A stretch of DNA of 64,000 nucleotides from Chloropicon primus. Lineage: Eukaryota. The stretch is taken from NCBI GenBank assembly GCA_023205875.1, contig CP060756.1, positions 868,001 through 932,000 of the forward strand. Reading direction: 5' to 3'. A program made the translations under genes and the position numbers. The notes under the pieces were generated by a model. The model saw only the letters and a list, made by a program, of their open reading frames with translations, ran no database searches and was not told where the DNA came from. This document shows, one piece after another, positions 9,691 to 19,962 of this stretch; the stretch's first letter is position 1; each line of letters starts with the position of its first letter.

Positions 9691-10496
9691 TCACGCTCCG
9701 AGCGTCCTGAGGACGGACTTCCAGTCCGCGTGGGCCCCAGTCGAGGGGTCCCGATGGAGGAACGTGCACTCCCTTCCGTCGAAGCAGGCCACGCCGCCCT
9801 GGAGGACGGTCTGGCTCTGCTTCGGGGGGATCCAAGGCTTCCACCGCTTCAGCACCTCGACCAGGTCCTTGGCCCCGTCCTTGAAGAACCGATCCCTCAT
9901 GGAAAAGGGCGTTCGAACGTCAAAGAAGGTTCGTGCAACGCCCCCGTACAACTCGAGGGCGTCATAGCACAGGTTCTCCGGATCGGCGTAAAGGTTTTGC
10001 TCCGGGAAATCGTTCTCCCTCGCGAAATCTTTCCCTCTCTCCGGCGTCCCTATCGAGACCAAAAGGAGCTTCACGTTCGCTTCGTCCAAGCGAGGCTTCA
10101 CGTCTCTTCTCAGCTGAACCGCGAGCTGCGCGCGCGAGGTGGTCAGTACGAGAGTCGAGCGAAATGAAGAGCGATCGAGTCCGTGAAGTTCTTTCTCACC
10201 TCCCAGCAGAGGGGTCACCCAAAGGATCGCCCAAAAGCCACCAGCGCCTTCTCGTCCTCCTTCCACGCGTCAGTCAGCCTCACTCTCCGGCCGTCGCTCA
10301 CTCTGAACACCTCGCAACCCTCCAGAGCGGCGAACTCCTTCGAGGAACCCGCCGCCGGGACCGCGCGCAACCGCGTCGAGATCCTTCCACCGCGTGACGC
10401 GATCCTCGACGAGGCCCAGTCCCCTGCCCGTCCGCGCCCTCGGGGCCTCACGCCCCTCGCGGACAAAGATGATGACGTCAACAACATCATCATCAT
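9691..10496 (-). CDS. SELENOU: Selenoprotein U / AAED1 (peroxiredoxin-like 2, AhpC-TSA_2) with UxxC motif; exons 10496-10200 and 10125-9691; in-frame TGA at 10217-10215
   Basis: Spliced reading ...ALVAFGRSFG-TGA-PLCWE|LAVQLRRDVKP...LLLVSIGT...LYADPE...LQGGVACF; 74-nt GT-AG intron 10199-10126; transit-peptide-like N-terminus. Confidence 0.85.
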
Positions 10497-10913
10497 CACC
10501 TGGTGTTCCTCAAGCAAACGCAGTCCTCACCACACCGCTATTTCCTCCAAGCGAGGGGTCTTCTCTCCAAAGACAAGCAGGCGATCTGTCCCCTCGCCAC
10601 TTCTCGCGTCGACCAAACACCTCCCTCGTCCCTGGTCATCATCATCAACATCATCATCATCATCATCGAGCGACAAGACAAGGCAAGAGAAGACAAGAGA
10701 AAAGAAGAGAAGAGAAGACAAGAGAAGACTCGTTCGTTTGAGTACTTGACACTCCTTGCTCAACCAGAGCGTCGTCCGTCCGTCCCTTCGAAGGACCCCG
10801 AGGATGACGGAACGTCCTCTCCTCGTCCTCACCCTCCTCGAGCGCCCGCTCTCCTCGGTTCGGTTCCCCCCCGAGGAGAGGGACCTTCAGTAACGGGGGG
10901 TGCTGGATCGACG

Positions 10914-13364
10914 ATGGAGTTCAAGGTGCAGAGAAGGGGAAGGGGAGAGCGACAGAGGCGGAGGGAGTTCGGGGAGGCGTTCAGGATGGGAGAGGATCCG
11001 AAGGGGAGCGGATCGGCCGAGGGGGAGGCGGCGTGCCCGTCACCGGGACCCGCCGCGGGGGGGGAGGAGCACGAGAAGTTTTCGCCGTTCTACTCCCAGA
11101 AGACGCACGAGAAGATTTGTGAGTTATGGCGGGAAGCGCTTCCCTCGTTCGGCGGGACGGGGGAGGAGAGGGGGAAGATCACTGCCGAGGGGTACGTGGA
11201 CAGCTTGGCTATGGAGCTTACCCTGACCTTGGGTCGAACTTGCGGGTCGTCGAAGCCCAAGGGGAAGAAGGGGGACAAGGGCAAGAGCTACGCGAACCGG
11301 GTGAGGGCTTTGCTCCACAACTTCAGGCTGAAGAACAACCCGGACCTGGTGTTCGATGTTCTGCTGGGAAAGGTGTGCCTCGAAGCCCTGTGCACCGAAG
11401 ACATGTCGAATTTTGCCTCGAGGCAGATGAAAGCGAAGATCCAGGAGCTGAAAGAAAAGTCGCTGAAGAGCAAGGTCCTGGACGCAGAGACTGCTGCTGC
11501 CTTCTCGACCGCGGCGGCGAGGACCGCGGCTTCGGAGGCCAAGGTGGAGGTCCTCGGAAAGAGCAACGTGGCCAAGGATGAGGTGCTGGAATTCGAACCG
11601 AAGGAAGTCCCACAGTTCATCTCGGAGGGAGACGACCTCGGCGTCGCCGAGAAGCTCGCGGAGAAGCTGTTCGAGAGGGGGAACCAGGGGCGTGCGGGGG
11701 CATCCACGGGCAAAGGTGGCACTCCGCCACCCTTGTGGAACATTGTCTCCGACGAGAACGGCGACGGTGAAGGCGACGCGGGTGCTGCTCGAGAGGACTC
11801 GAAGCCAGAGGACTCGAAGCCAGAGGAAACAAGTGGGGAGGGGCAGGTGGAAGAAGGTCCGAGGGCCCCGAGCACCCCAGTGGCCGCGGCGCGACCGTGG
11901 TCGTTGCCGTGCACCCAAAAGACAGGGCAAGTTGTTTGGACCGGGAGGCTGAAGGGGAACACGGGCTATGGTTCCGATTACGTGACGTGTGACATCTCGG
12001 TCGAGTACCTCTGTGGGGAGCTGGACCTGAATGCGAGCTTGCCAGGCATTCCGAGTTCCGAGGACGTCCACCTCCCAATAGAGAAGACCGTGAAGCTGGC
12101 GAGAGCAGCGCAGTACCTGAAGCGCCTCTTGGACTTGGAGCACAAGAGGAGGAACCTTTGTTTCGGCTTGATGAGCGCCTCGGATTCCAAGGATTCCATG
12201 TCAACGCTCAGCAGTTACTATTCCAAGGCTGGGCTTCTCGGGGTCTGGACGTATCCAGAGGTGCCTCAAAACGGCAAGTTCCACAAGGAAGTTTACTTCA
12301 TTCCCGACTGTGACCTGGCATCCAAGATTCTCTCCGGCAGCAACCTGAAGGAGATGAATGCCTCTTTCGTGATTGCTGTCATTTCAAACGACCGCGTGGG
12401 CGTCGCGCAATCCTCCTACTCGTCCCAAAGAGCGGCGAAGGCCGAGGAGCTGGTACCGGACGCCTACACGGCCGTTCCGACCTCTTCGCGGGCGTCGCCC
12501 TCCCAGGATTCAGGTTCCGATGATAAGCGGCGCAAGTTGTCTCGCCAAGATGCTTATGGCAACCCACTCCACTTGCCCGGCTCAGCTCTTCCGCCGAGGT
12601 ATTCCCCAAAGTCTTCTGCGGACACGTCTTACCAACAGGGGGGCCACCACCAGAATCGTGCTGAGGGAGGGTACCAAGACGGTTACCAAAGAGGCGGTCA
12701 GGGCGCTTACCAAGACGGTTACCAAAGAGGCGGTCAGGGCACTTACCAAGACGGTTACCAAAGAGGCGGTCAGGGCACTTACCAAGACGGTTACCAAAGA
12801 GGCGGTCAGGGCACATACCAAGACGGTTACCAAAGAGGCGGTCAGGGCACATACCAAGACGGTTACCAAAGAGACGGTCAGGGCAGGTACCAAGACGGTT
12901 ACCAAAGAGGCGGTCAAGGCACATACCAAGACGGTTACCAAAGAGGCGGTCAGGGCACTTACCAAGACGGTTACCAAAGAGGCGGTCAGGGCACATACCA
13001 AGACGGTTACCAAAGAGGCGGTCAGGGCACATACCAAGACGGTTACCAAAGAGACGGTCAGGGCAGGTACCAAGACGGTTACCAAAGAGGCGGTCAAGGC
13101 ACATACCAAGACGGTTACCAAAGAGGCGGTCAGGGCAGGTACCAAGGGGGCTACCAAGGGGGCTACCAAGGGGGCTACCATGGGGGCCAGGGAGGGCACC
13201 GCGGCGGGTATGGCCGAGGAAGGTTCGACCACGACAGCAGGGAGGGGAGGCCACAGAATGGGTACTACAGAAACCAGGGCAGCCCCGGTCGAGGGTGGAG
13301 GGGCGACGGGCCTTACCACCACCACCACGGCGGCAGACCTTCAAGGAATAGCTATAGAGAGTAA
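10914..13364 (+). CDS. TFIIS central domain + SPOC-like domain protein with G/Y/Q/R-rich repeat tail
   Basis: YANRVRALLHNFRLKNNPDLVFDVLLG..L...M..FAS (TFIIS_M); VVWTGRL (SPOC start); start codon uncertain (10914 or 10986). Confidence 0.75.
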   Translation: MEFKVQRRGRGERQRRREFGEAFRMGEDPKGSGSAEGEAACPSPGPAAGGEEHEKFSPFYSQKTHEKICELWREALPSFGGTGEERGKITAEGYVDSLAMELTLTLGRTCGSSKPKGKKGDKGKSYANRVRALLHNFRLKNNPDLVFDVLLGKVCLEALCTEDMSNFASRQMKAKIQELKEKSLKSKVLDAETAAAFSTAAARTAASEAKVEVLGKSNVAKDEVLEFEPKEVPQFISEGDDLGVAEKLAEKLFERGNQGRAGASTGKGGTPPPLWNIVSDENGDGEGDAGAAREDSKPEDSKPEETSGEGQVEEGPRAPSTPVAAARPWSLPCTQKTGQVVWTGRLKGNTGYGSDYVTCDISVEYLCGELDLNASLPGIPSSEDVHLPIEKTVKLARAAQYLKRLLDLEHKRRNLCFGLMSASDSKDSMSTLSSYYSKAGLLGVWTYPEVPQNGKFHKEVYFIPDCDLASKILSGSNLKEMNASFVIAVISNDRVGVAQSSYSSQRAAKAEELVPDAYTAVPTSSRASPSQDSGSDDKRRKLSRQDAYGNPLHLPGSALPPRYSPKSSADTSYQQGGHHQNRAEGGYQDGYQRGGQGAYQDGYQRGGQGTYQDGYQRGGQGTYQDGYQRGGQGTYQDGYQRGGQGTYQDGYQRDGQGRYQDGYQRGGQGTYQDGYQRGGQGTYQDGYQRGGQGTYQDGYQRGGQGTYQDGYQRDGQGRYQDGYQRGGQGTYQDGYQRGGQGRYQGGYQGGYQGGYHGGQGGHRGGYGRGRFDHDSREGRPQNGYYRNQGSPGRGWRGDGPYHHHHGGRPSRNSYRE
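12672..13139 (+). repeat. 13 x 36-bp coding tandem repeat (YQDGYQRGGQGT)
   Basis: Unit taccaagacggttaccaaagaggcggtcagggcac(t/a); 180-bp higher-order duplication. Confidence 0.95.
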
Positions 13365-13470
13365 TACAGAAAAAAAAAGGAGCTTGGCATGGCTCTTGGT
13401 TTATTGAGTGTAATATTAAGATCATCATAATACAGAGAGTTTTGTTTTTGCGTTTGGCCCTAGACTGTCC

Positions 13471-14319
13471 TCAGAGTATCGCCCCGTTGTTGACGACGGT
13501 CAGGATCTGCTCCGACTTCCACACCGTTCCCGGCGCCAGGCGAATGGCGGGCTTGATGTGGCCGGTCTCGACGCAGAGCATCTCCTTGTACTCGTTGTCT
13601 CCAAAGTCGCTCAACCTCTTGGCCTTTTCCACCCACGGGTTCCACACCACGATGTCCGGCAGGTTGAACTTCTCTATGGTCACCACCTTCTTCCCTATGG
13701 GGTCCACCAGCCGCAGCGTGGGCGGGGTGCTCAGGTAGATCCTGTCCACCTCCTCGTTAATTAATATGTACGGGTTCTCCTCCGTCTTCATCAGCCTCCC
13801 GTCAAGGCTGTCCAGGTAACCCACCCGGTACAGGCCCTCCACCCTCGCCTTTGTGATGTCCTCCACCGGGAAGTACGTGTGGAGGGCGACCGTGTACACC
13901 ATCTCCTCGCACCCCGTGTTCGTCACCATGAGCTTGGTGAACAGCTGCGTGTTGGTTATCGTGTACCTCACGCTGATGGTGAAGCTGTCCTCGCACCCGT
14001 ACTTGTCCAAAAAGTCGTCGTCCGAGCTGTTCAGCTTGAGCACCACCGTGTCCCCCTCCCTCTCGAACAGCTTCCACCGGGTGTTCCTCGCGAACCCGTG
14101 GCTCGTCTTCAGGTTCCCAAAGTCGCTGAACTGCGGGAAGCATATCGGGACCCCGCCCCGAATCGCTTTCGGGGGCTTGAACACCGCCTGCTTCGACACA
14201 AATACCTGCTCCTGCCCGTTCGCCGTCTTCCACGACGTCAGGTGAGCCCCGTGGAGCTCGATGCACGCCCGAGCCCCGCTCGGGTGCCCTATGTACACCT
14301 TTTCCTCGCTCGACGCCAT
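13471..14319 (-). CDS. Glucose-6-phosphate 1-epimerase (aldose 1-epimerase family)
   Basis: GAHLTSWK, AIRGGVPICFPQF, HGFARN, ALHTYF, VVWNPW, MLCVE. Confidence 0.92.
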   Translation of the reverse strand: MASSEEKVYIGHPSGARACIELHGAHLTSWKTANGQEQVFVSKQAVFKPPKAIRGGVPICFPQFSDFGNLKTSHGFARNTRWKLFEREGDTVVLKLNSSDDDFLDKYGCEDSFTISVRYTITNTQLFTKLMVTNTGCEEMVYTVALHTYFPVEDITKARVEGLYRVGYLDSLDGRLMKTEENPYILINEEVDRIYLSTPPTLRLVDPIGKKVVTIEKFNLPDIVVWNPWVEKAKRLSDFGDNEYKEMLCVETGHIKPAIRLAPGTVWKSEQILTVVNNGAIL

Positions 14320-14860
14320 CGACAACACTTCCTCCCCACCCCCAACACCAACCACCCCCCCTCCCTCGCCCAAAAAAGTGACCCTTCTTGAGCTTCGTTC
14401 CCCCCCAGCCCCAGGGGTTTCGTTCGTCCTTCGCCGAGTCGGAGAAGAAAACCCCGCGGAGGCGACGTCGGGACGTCTCGTTCGGCCCGCGAACGAATCC
14501 AATTTAGCCCCCCCCCCCTCACGCGCGACAACTCCTCCCTCTCTCCCTCTCTCCCTGTCCTCCTTGTCCTCGCCGCTGGTTGGACGACTGACTTGGCGCT
14601 GACGCAGCCAATCACAGCCCTAGCTCGATACGTCAAGGTGGACGGACACAACAGCAACAGAGAGAGAGGAGAGGAGAGGAGAGAGAGAGGGGAGAGAGGA
14701 GGGGCGGAAGAGGAGAAGGGTGTGTACGCGTCGTGTACGCGGAGAGACCGAGAGGCAGGAGCAAGGGGTTGGGTGGGAGGTCCGTTGTATTGTTTGTGTT
14801 TGGAGAGAATTCGTTCGTTCGTTCGTTCGTTCTGCCTTTAGCCTGACAGATCTCGGAGAG

Positions 14861-15967
14861 ATGAAGAGGATGAAGAGCTCGTCGTCGATGACGAACTTGC
14901 TTGGGGCGCACCAGGAGAGCGCGGAGATGAAGGTGACGGTGTTCGGGAGCGGGTCGTTCGGGATGGCCATGGCGACCCTGGTGGCGAGGAACGGGTTCGA
15001 CGTCGTGGTGCTGACGCGCCGCGAGGAAGTCGCCGAAGGGATCAACAAGGACCGGAGGAACCCGACCCACCTCAAGGAGTTCCTCCTGCCTGAGAACCTG
15101 AAGGCGACTACGGACGCGGTCGAGGCGCTCCGGGGGACCTCCTTCATCGTGCACTGCATCCCTCTCCAGTCCACCAAGTCCTTCCTGGAGAGCATGAAGG
15201 ACAAGATCGAGCCCGGGGTCCCGATCGTGTCGACGTCCAAGGGCCTCCACACGGAGACCCTGGAGATGATGCACGAGATCATCCCGAACGCCCTCGGGCG
15301 CCCCCAACCGGTGGCCTTCCTCTCCGGACCGACCTTCGCCCAGGACATCATGGCGAACACGCCGAGCGGGGCGGTGCTGGCCTCGGAGGACATCATGATG
15401 AGCCGGAAGCTCGCCCACCTCTTCAGCGGCCCGACCATGAGGGTGTACCCCAGCGAGGACGTCATCGGGGTCCAGGTCGGGGGGGCCCTGAAGAACGTGA
15501 TCGCCATCCTCGCCGGCGTCGCGGAGGGTCTCGGCCTCGGCATCAACGCCGTCGCCCTCCTGGTAACGAGGGGGTGCCGGGAGATGAACAGGCTGGCGGT
15601 GGCCATGGGGGGCCAGGAGCACACGATGAACGGCCTCGCGGGGATCGGGGACCTCATGCTGACTTGCCTCGGTGGCCTGTCCAGGAACAAGCGCGTCGGC
15701 ATCGAGCTCGGCAGGGGGAAGAACCTGGAGCAGGTCCTCAAGGAGAGGGCGGAGAGCCTGCAGGGCGTCGCGGAGGGCGTGGCCACGACCCCGGCCGCCG
15801 TCAAGCTCGCCACCAGGTACAGGATCCCCACTCCGATCATGTTCATGGCGAACAGGCTCCTCAAGGGGGAGGACGACGCCGCGAACCTGCTCAAGGACAT
15901 GATGGAGGCCCCCATGCTGGACGACGTGAGTCTCGAGATGGAGTTCCAGGCCATGAAGTACTGGTGA
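14861..15967 (+). CDS. gpsA: NAD(P)H-dependent glycerol-3-phosphate dehydrogenase (GpsA type)
   Basis: GSGSFG, STSKG, LSGPTFA, GGALKNVIAI, GLAGIGDLMLTC, SRN, VAEG. Confidence 0.93.
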   Translation: MKRMKSSSSMTNLLGAHQESAEMKVTVFGSGSFGMAMATLVARNGFDVVVLTRREEVAEGINKDRRNPTHLKEFLLPENLKATTDAVEALRGTSFIVHCIPLQSTKSFLESMKDKIEPGVPIVSTSKGLHTETLEMMHEIIPNALGRPQPVAFLSGPTFAQDIMANTPSGAVLASEDIMMSRKLAHLFSGPTMRVYPSEDVIGVQVGGALKNVIAILAGVAEGLGLGINAVALLVTRGCREMNRLAVAMGGQEHTMNGLAGIGDLMLTCLGGLSRNKRVGIELGRGKNLEQVLKERAESLQGVAEGVATTPAAVKLATRYRIPTPIMFMANRLLKGEDDAANLLKDMMEAPMLDDVSLEMEFQAMKYW

Positions 15968-16124
15968 TGAATAGAAACGGTAGGGAGGAGGAGGAGGAGG
16001 TGGGGGGTGGGGGGTGTTCTTCGGAGGAAGGAGGGGAAGGAGAAAAGTAAGAAGAACATTTTTATTTATTCTTTTAGTCCGTTTCGTGTGTGTGTGTCTG
16101 TTTTGTCTGTTTTTTTGTCTGTTT

Positions 16125-16126
<2 letters not shown>

Positions 16127-16167
<41 letters not shown>
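16127..16167. repeat. (CT)n microsatellite
   Basis: Direct reading. Confidence 0.9.
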
Positions 16168-16170
<3 letters not shown>

Positions 16171-16217
16171 GGTGGGACGCCTTGTCTTGCTTGTTCTATT
16201 ATTAACAAGCATCAAAA

Positions 16218-18184
16218 GGTGATACCAAAAGATGACACCAAGATGACAACAAGGTGATACCAAAAGGTGATACCAAAAGATGACACCAAGATGACAACAA
16301 GGTGATACCAAAAGATGATACCAAGATGACAACAAGTTGACACCAAGGTGATACCAAGACGACAACAAGGTGATACCAAAAGATGATACCAAGATGACAA
16401 CAAGATGATACCAAGACGACAACAAGGTGATACCAAAAGATGATACCAAGATGACAACAAGGTGATACCAAAAGATGATACCAAGATGACAACAACGTGA
16501 TACCAAAAGATGATACCAAAATGACAACAAGTTGACAACAAGATGATACCAAGACGACAACAAGATGATACCAAGACGACAACAAGATGACAACAAGATG
16601 ATACCAAGACGACAACAAGATGATACCAAGACGACAACAAGATGATACCAAGACGACAACAAGATGATACCAAGACGACAACAAGATGACAACAAGGTGA
16701 TACCAAAAGATGATACCAAGATGACAACAACGTGATACCAAAAGATGATACCAAAATGACAACAAGTTGACAACAAGATGATACCAAGACGACAACAAGA
16801 TGATACCAAGACGACAACAAGATGACAACAAGATGATACCAAGACGACAACAAGATGACAACAAGATGATACCAAGACGACAACAAGACGACAACAAGAT
16901 GACAACAAGGTGATACCAAGACGACAACAAGGTGATACCAAAAGATGATACCAAGATGACAACAAGGTGATACCGAAAGGTGATACCAAGATGACAACAA
17001 CGTGATACCAAAAGATGATACCAAGATGACAACAAGGTGATACCGAAAGGTGATACCAAGATGACAACAACGTGATACCAAAAGATGATACCAAGATGAC
17101 AACAAGATCATACCAAGACGACAACAAGATGATACCAAGATGATACCAAGATGACAACAAGGTGATACCAAAAGATGATACCAAGATGACAACAAGATGA
17201 TACCAAAAGATGATACCAAGATGACAACAAGATGACAACAAGGTGATACCAAGACGACAACAAGATGATAACAAGACGACAACAAGATGACACCAAGGTG
17301 ATACCAAGACGACAACAAGGTGATACCAAAAGATGATACCAAGATGACAACAAGTTGACACCAAGGTGATACCAAGACGACAACAAGGTGATACCAAAAG
17401 ATGATACCAAGATGACAACAAGATGATACCAAGACGACAACAAGATGACAACAAGATGATACCAAGACGACAACAAGATGATACCAAGACGATACCAAGA
17501 TGATACCAAGACGACAACAAGATGACAACAAGGTGATACCAAGACGACAACAAGGTGATACCAAAAGATGATACCAAGATGACAACAAGGTGATACCGAA
17601 AGGTGATACCAAGATGACAACAACGTGATACCAAAAGATGATACCAAGATGACAACAAGGTGATACCGAAAGGTGATACCAAGATGACAACAAGTTGACA
17701 ACAAGGTGATACCAAAAGATGATACCAAGGTGACAACAAGTTGACAACAAGGTGATACCAAGACGACAACAAGATGACAACAAGGTGATACCAAAAGATG
17801 ATACCAAGACGACAACAAGATGACAACAAGATGACACCAAGACGACAACAAGATGATACCAAGACGACAACAAGATGACAACAAGGTGATACCAAAAGAT
17901 GATACCAAGATGACAACAAGGTGATACCAAAAGATGATACCAAGATGACACCAAGGTGATACCAAAAGATGATACCAAGACGACAACAAGACGACAACAA
18001 GGTGATACCAAAAGATGATACCAAGACGACAACAAGGTGATACCAAAAGATGATACCAAGATGACACCAAGGTGATACCAAAAGATGATACCAAGGTGAC
18101 AACAAGTTGACAACAAGGTGATACCAAGACGACAACAAGGTGATACCAAGATGACAACAAGGTGGGAACAAGGTGGGGCACAAG
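16218..18184. repeat. ~2-kb complex satellite of 11/13-bp monomers (GATGATACCAA, GATGACAACAA, GACGACAACAA, GGTGATACCAA(AA))
   Basis: Direct reading; variants shuffled into higher-order units; degenerates at the right end. Confidence 0.95.
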
Positions 18185-18438
18185 AAGTTGTACGGCCTTT
18201 GGATGAGGCGGCCACGGTTCAAAGATGATGCCGTACGTGTGCGAGCAGCGCCAACGGAAGTAGGACGAGGACTACTTGCGAGGAAGTCGATAACGGTGGC
18301 GGAGATCTTTCGACCCAAAGCTTATGGGGCGGAATACATATATTGTATTTTAAGGGAAACCTTCTGCCGTACCAGACTTTGTAGACTACAATGTACAGAC
18401 TCGTCACCACGTTGACGTTTGTAGAGCGTCCGTGTCAC

Positions 18439-19539
18439 TCAAAACCAGCGTCTGTAAAAGTCATGACTCGGCTTTGCCACCTCTAGTTTTGCACCGCTCG
18501 AGTTGCTTTCATGGGGCTTTTTCGCGATTTCCAGGTGGCACAGGACCACGTCGCCTTCGTTCACACGGACGCGAGGGTGAAACGCGAAACTTGCGTGACG
18601 GCAGCGAGTCCAATCGTCGCACGAGCGAGCGCAAGTACAGGTACATGGGTCGCAGTCCACCTCCACCAAGGCCGGGCTGGCCGGCGAGCCGTGGAACTGC
18701 ACCGAAAGCCATCCCGCGAGCAAGTTGATCTCGCCACTTTGCTCCGCGTTGAAACGGAAGTTGAGTCTCATACTGCGCACATCCTCCGAGGTCGCAGTGA
18801 GCAAGTCCATCGTCTTGACCAACTCGAAAGGCGCGACCAGCTCGGGAGACTCTATACGAACGTCGTACCTCTGCTGGTCTGCAAGGCCGTCGCTCGCACG
18901 CCCCCGCTTGCCCATGCCTCTCCTGCGTTTCGTCCTCTGCCCGTGCGACTCTTCTTCGTCGCAGACCTCCACCATTGGTTCCTCTGACTCAAACTCCGTC
19001 GAGGCCGAGGCAGCTGGAGCGAGGAACACCTTGCAGTGAGAAGGGTACATGGCTCCGTCGGATTTGAGGTACCTGTCTCTGGCGTTCAGAATCCTGTAGA
19101 TCTTGGAGTGTTGCAGCCAGACATCACCCGCCAAGTCGGACAAGATGATGTCCACCTTCCCTTGAATGTCCTCCTTCTTGGCTATGTTCTCGTCGTACAC
19201 AGTGACGGTATCACCACCTAATTTGGTAGCATGCACGAGCTGCATGAGCTGCCTGGTAAAGACTTCTTCTTTCGTATCTGGCATGATGTACACCTTCCTT
19301 GCCCCCGCTAAGGCGGCGAAGAAACCGAGCACTCCACAACCGACGTCCAAGACCACTTTCTCCTGAAAGAGAGAGTCATTAAAAAAGATAGCGTCTCCGT
19401 ACGCTTCTGGACAGCTCAAAACATCCAGTAGCGGAGCAAAGGTAACCCAGGTAGCGTAGGCCAGGAAGCCTTCGTTGTCCCACGGCAGAGGAGTGTCCCC
19501 TTCCAAGGGCGGTGTGCCTTCGTCTTCCGCCGCCACCAT
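18439..19539 (-). CDS. Divergent protein arginine methyltransferase (PRMT)-like SAM-dependent methyltransferase
   Basis: FQEKVVLDVGCG, FAALAGARKVY, KVDIILSD, ARDRYLKSDGAMYPS..KVFLAP, GWLSVQF; several catalytic positions altered. Confidence 0.7.
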   Translation of the reverse strand: MVAAEDEGTPPLEGDTPLPWDNEGFLAYATWVTFAPLLDVLSCPEAYGDAIFFNDSLFQEKVVLDVGCGVLGFFAALAGARKVYIMPDTKEEVFTRQLMQLVHATKLGGDTVTVYDENIAKKEDIQGKVDIILSDLAGDVWLQHSKIYRILNARDRYLKSDGAMYPSHCKVFLAPAASASTEFESEEPMVEVCDEEESHGQRTKRRRGMGKRGRASDGLADQQRYDVRIESPELVAPFELVKTMDLLTATSEDVRSMRLNFRFNAEQSGEINLLAGWLSVQFHGSPASPALVEVDCDPCTCTCARSCDDWTRCRHASFAFHPRVRVNEGDVVLCHLEIAKKPHESNSSGAKLEVAKPSHDFYRRWF

Positions 19540-19749
19540 GCTTGCTCTGTCTGCTCTTCGGTGGAGTGCCGCAAGCAAAACCCAGTCAACCAAACAACGA
19601 CGTGTTCCATTAATTCAATGGGGTTCGATTCTCCCAACAACAATATGATCCTAATCTGTGGAAAAAGAAAGAAAGCCTGGAATGATGAACATGATATTCA
19701 CGGAGAAATAAATTCATGAAGCTCACATAACATTACCTATCCTGTTAGG

Positions 19750-19962
19750 CGTGAAACTAGTTTCGTTCGAGAGGCACTCTCGTGTGAGTTTTCGTGTTTC
19801 ATTTTTTTCTGAAAATAATCACATCGGCTCTTTCTCGTGAGCCTCTTATCCAGGGGGTATATAAGGCGAAGTCGACCAACAGAGGGCCTCACTTTTACGA
19901 ACACGAGCTCGTACAAACACGCACACAAAAACAACAAACTCAAACACCAAATCATCATCATA
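19750..19962 (+). promoter_or_regulatory. Promoter type A + 5'UTR variant X of cluster gene 1 (palindrome GAAACTAGTTTC, TATA box GTATATAAG)
   Basis: Near-identical copies at 21604-21400 (-) and 23543-23674 (+). Confidence 0.7.

Noticed and set aside
12672..13139. Similarity of the coding repeat (taccaagacg) to satellite words
   Set aside because: Short match only, with a different period (36 vs 11/13); treated as coincidence
16218..18184. CRISPR array or telomere
   Set aside because: No unique spacers, no cas genes, eukaryotic context, and no TTTAGGG-type unit
16066..18318. Long minus-strand ORFs (750, 667, 357, 285 aa) across the satellite
   Set aside because: The repeat words lack stop codons on that strand, so all frames give the same repetitive peptide; the 11/13-bp units do not preserve frame. 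Artefact.
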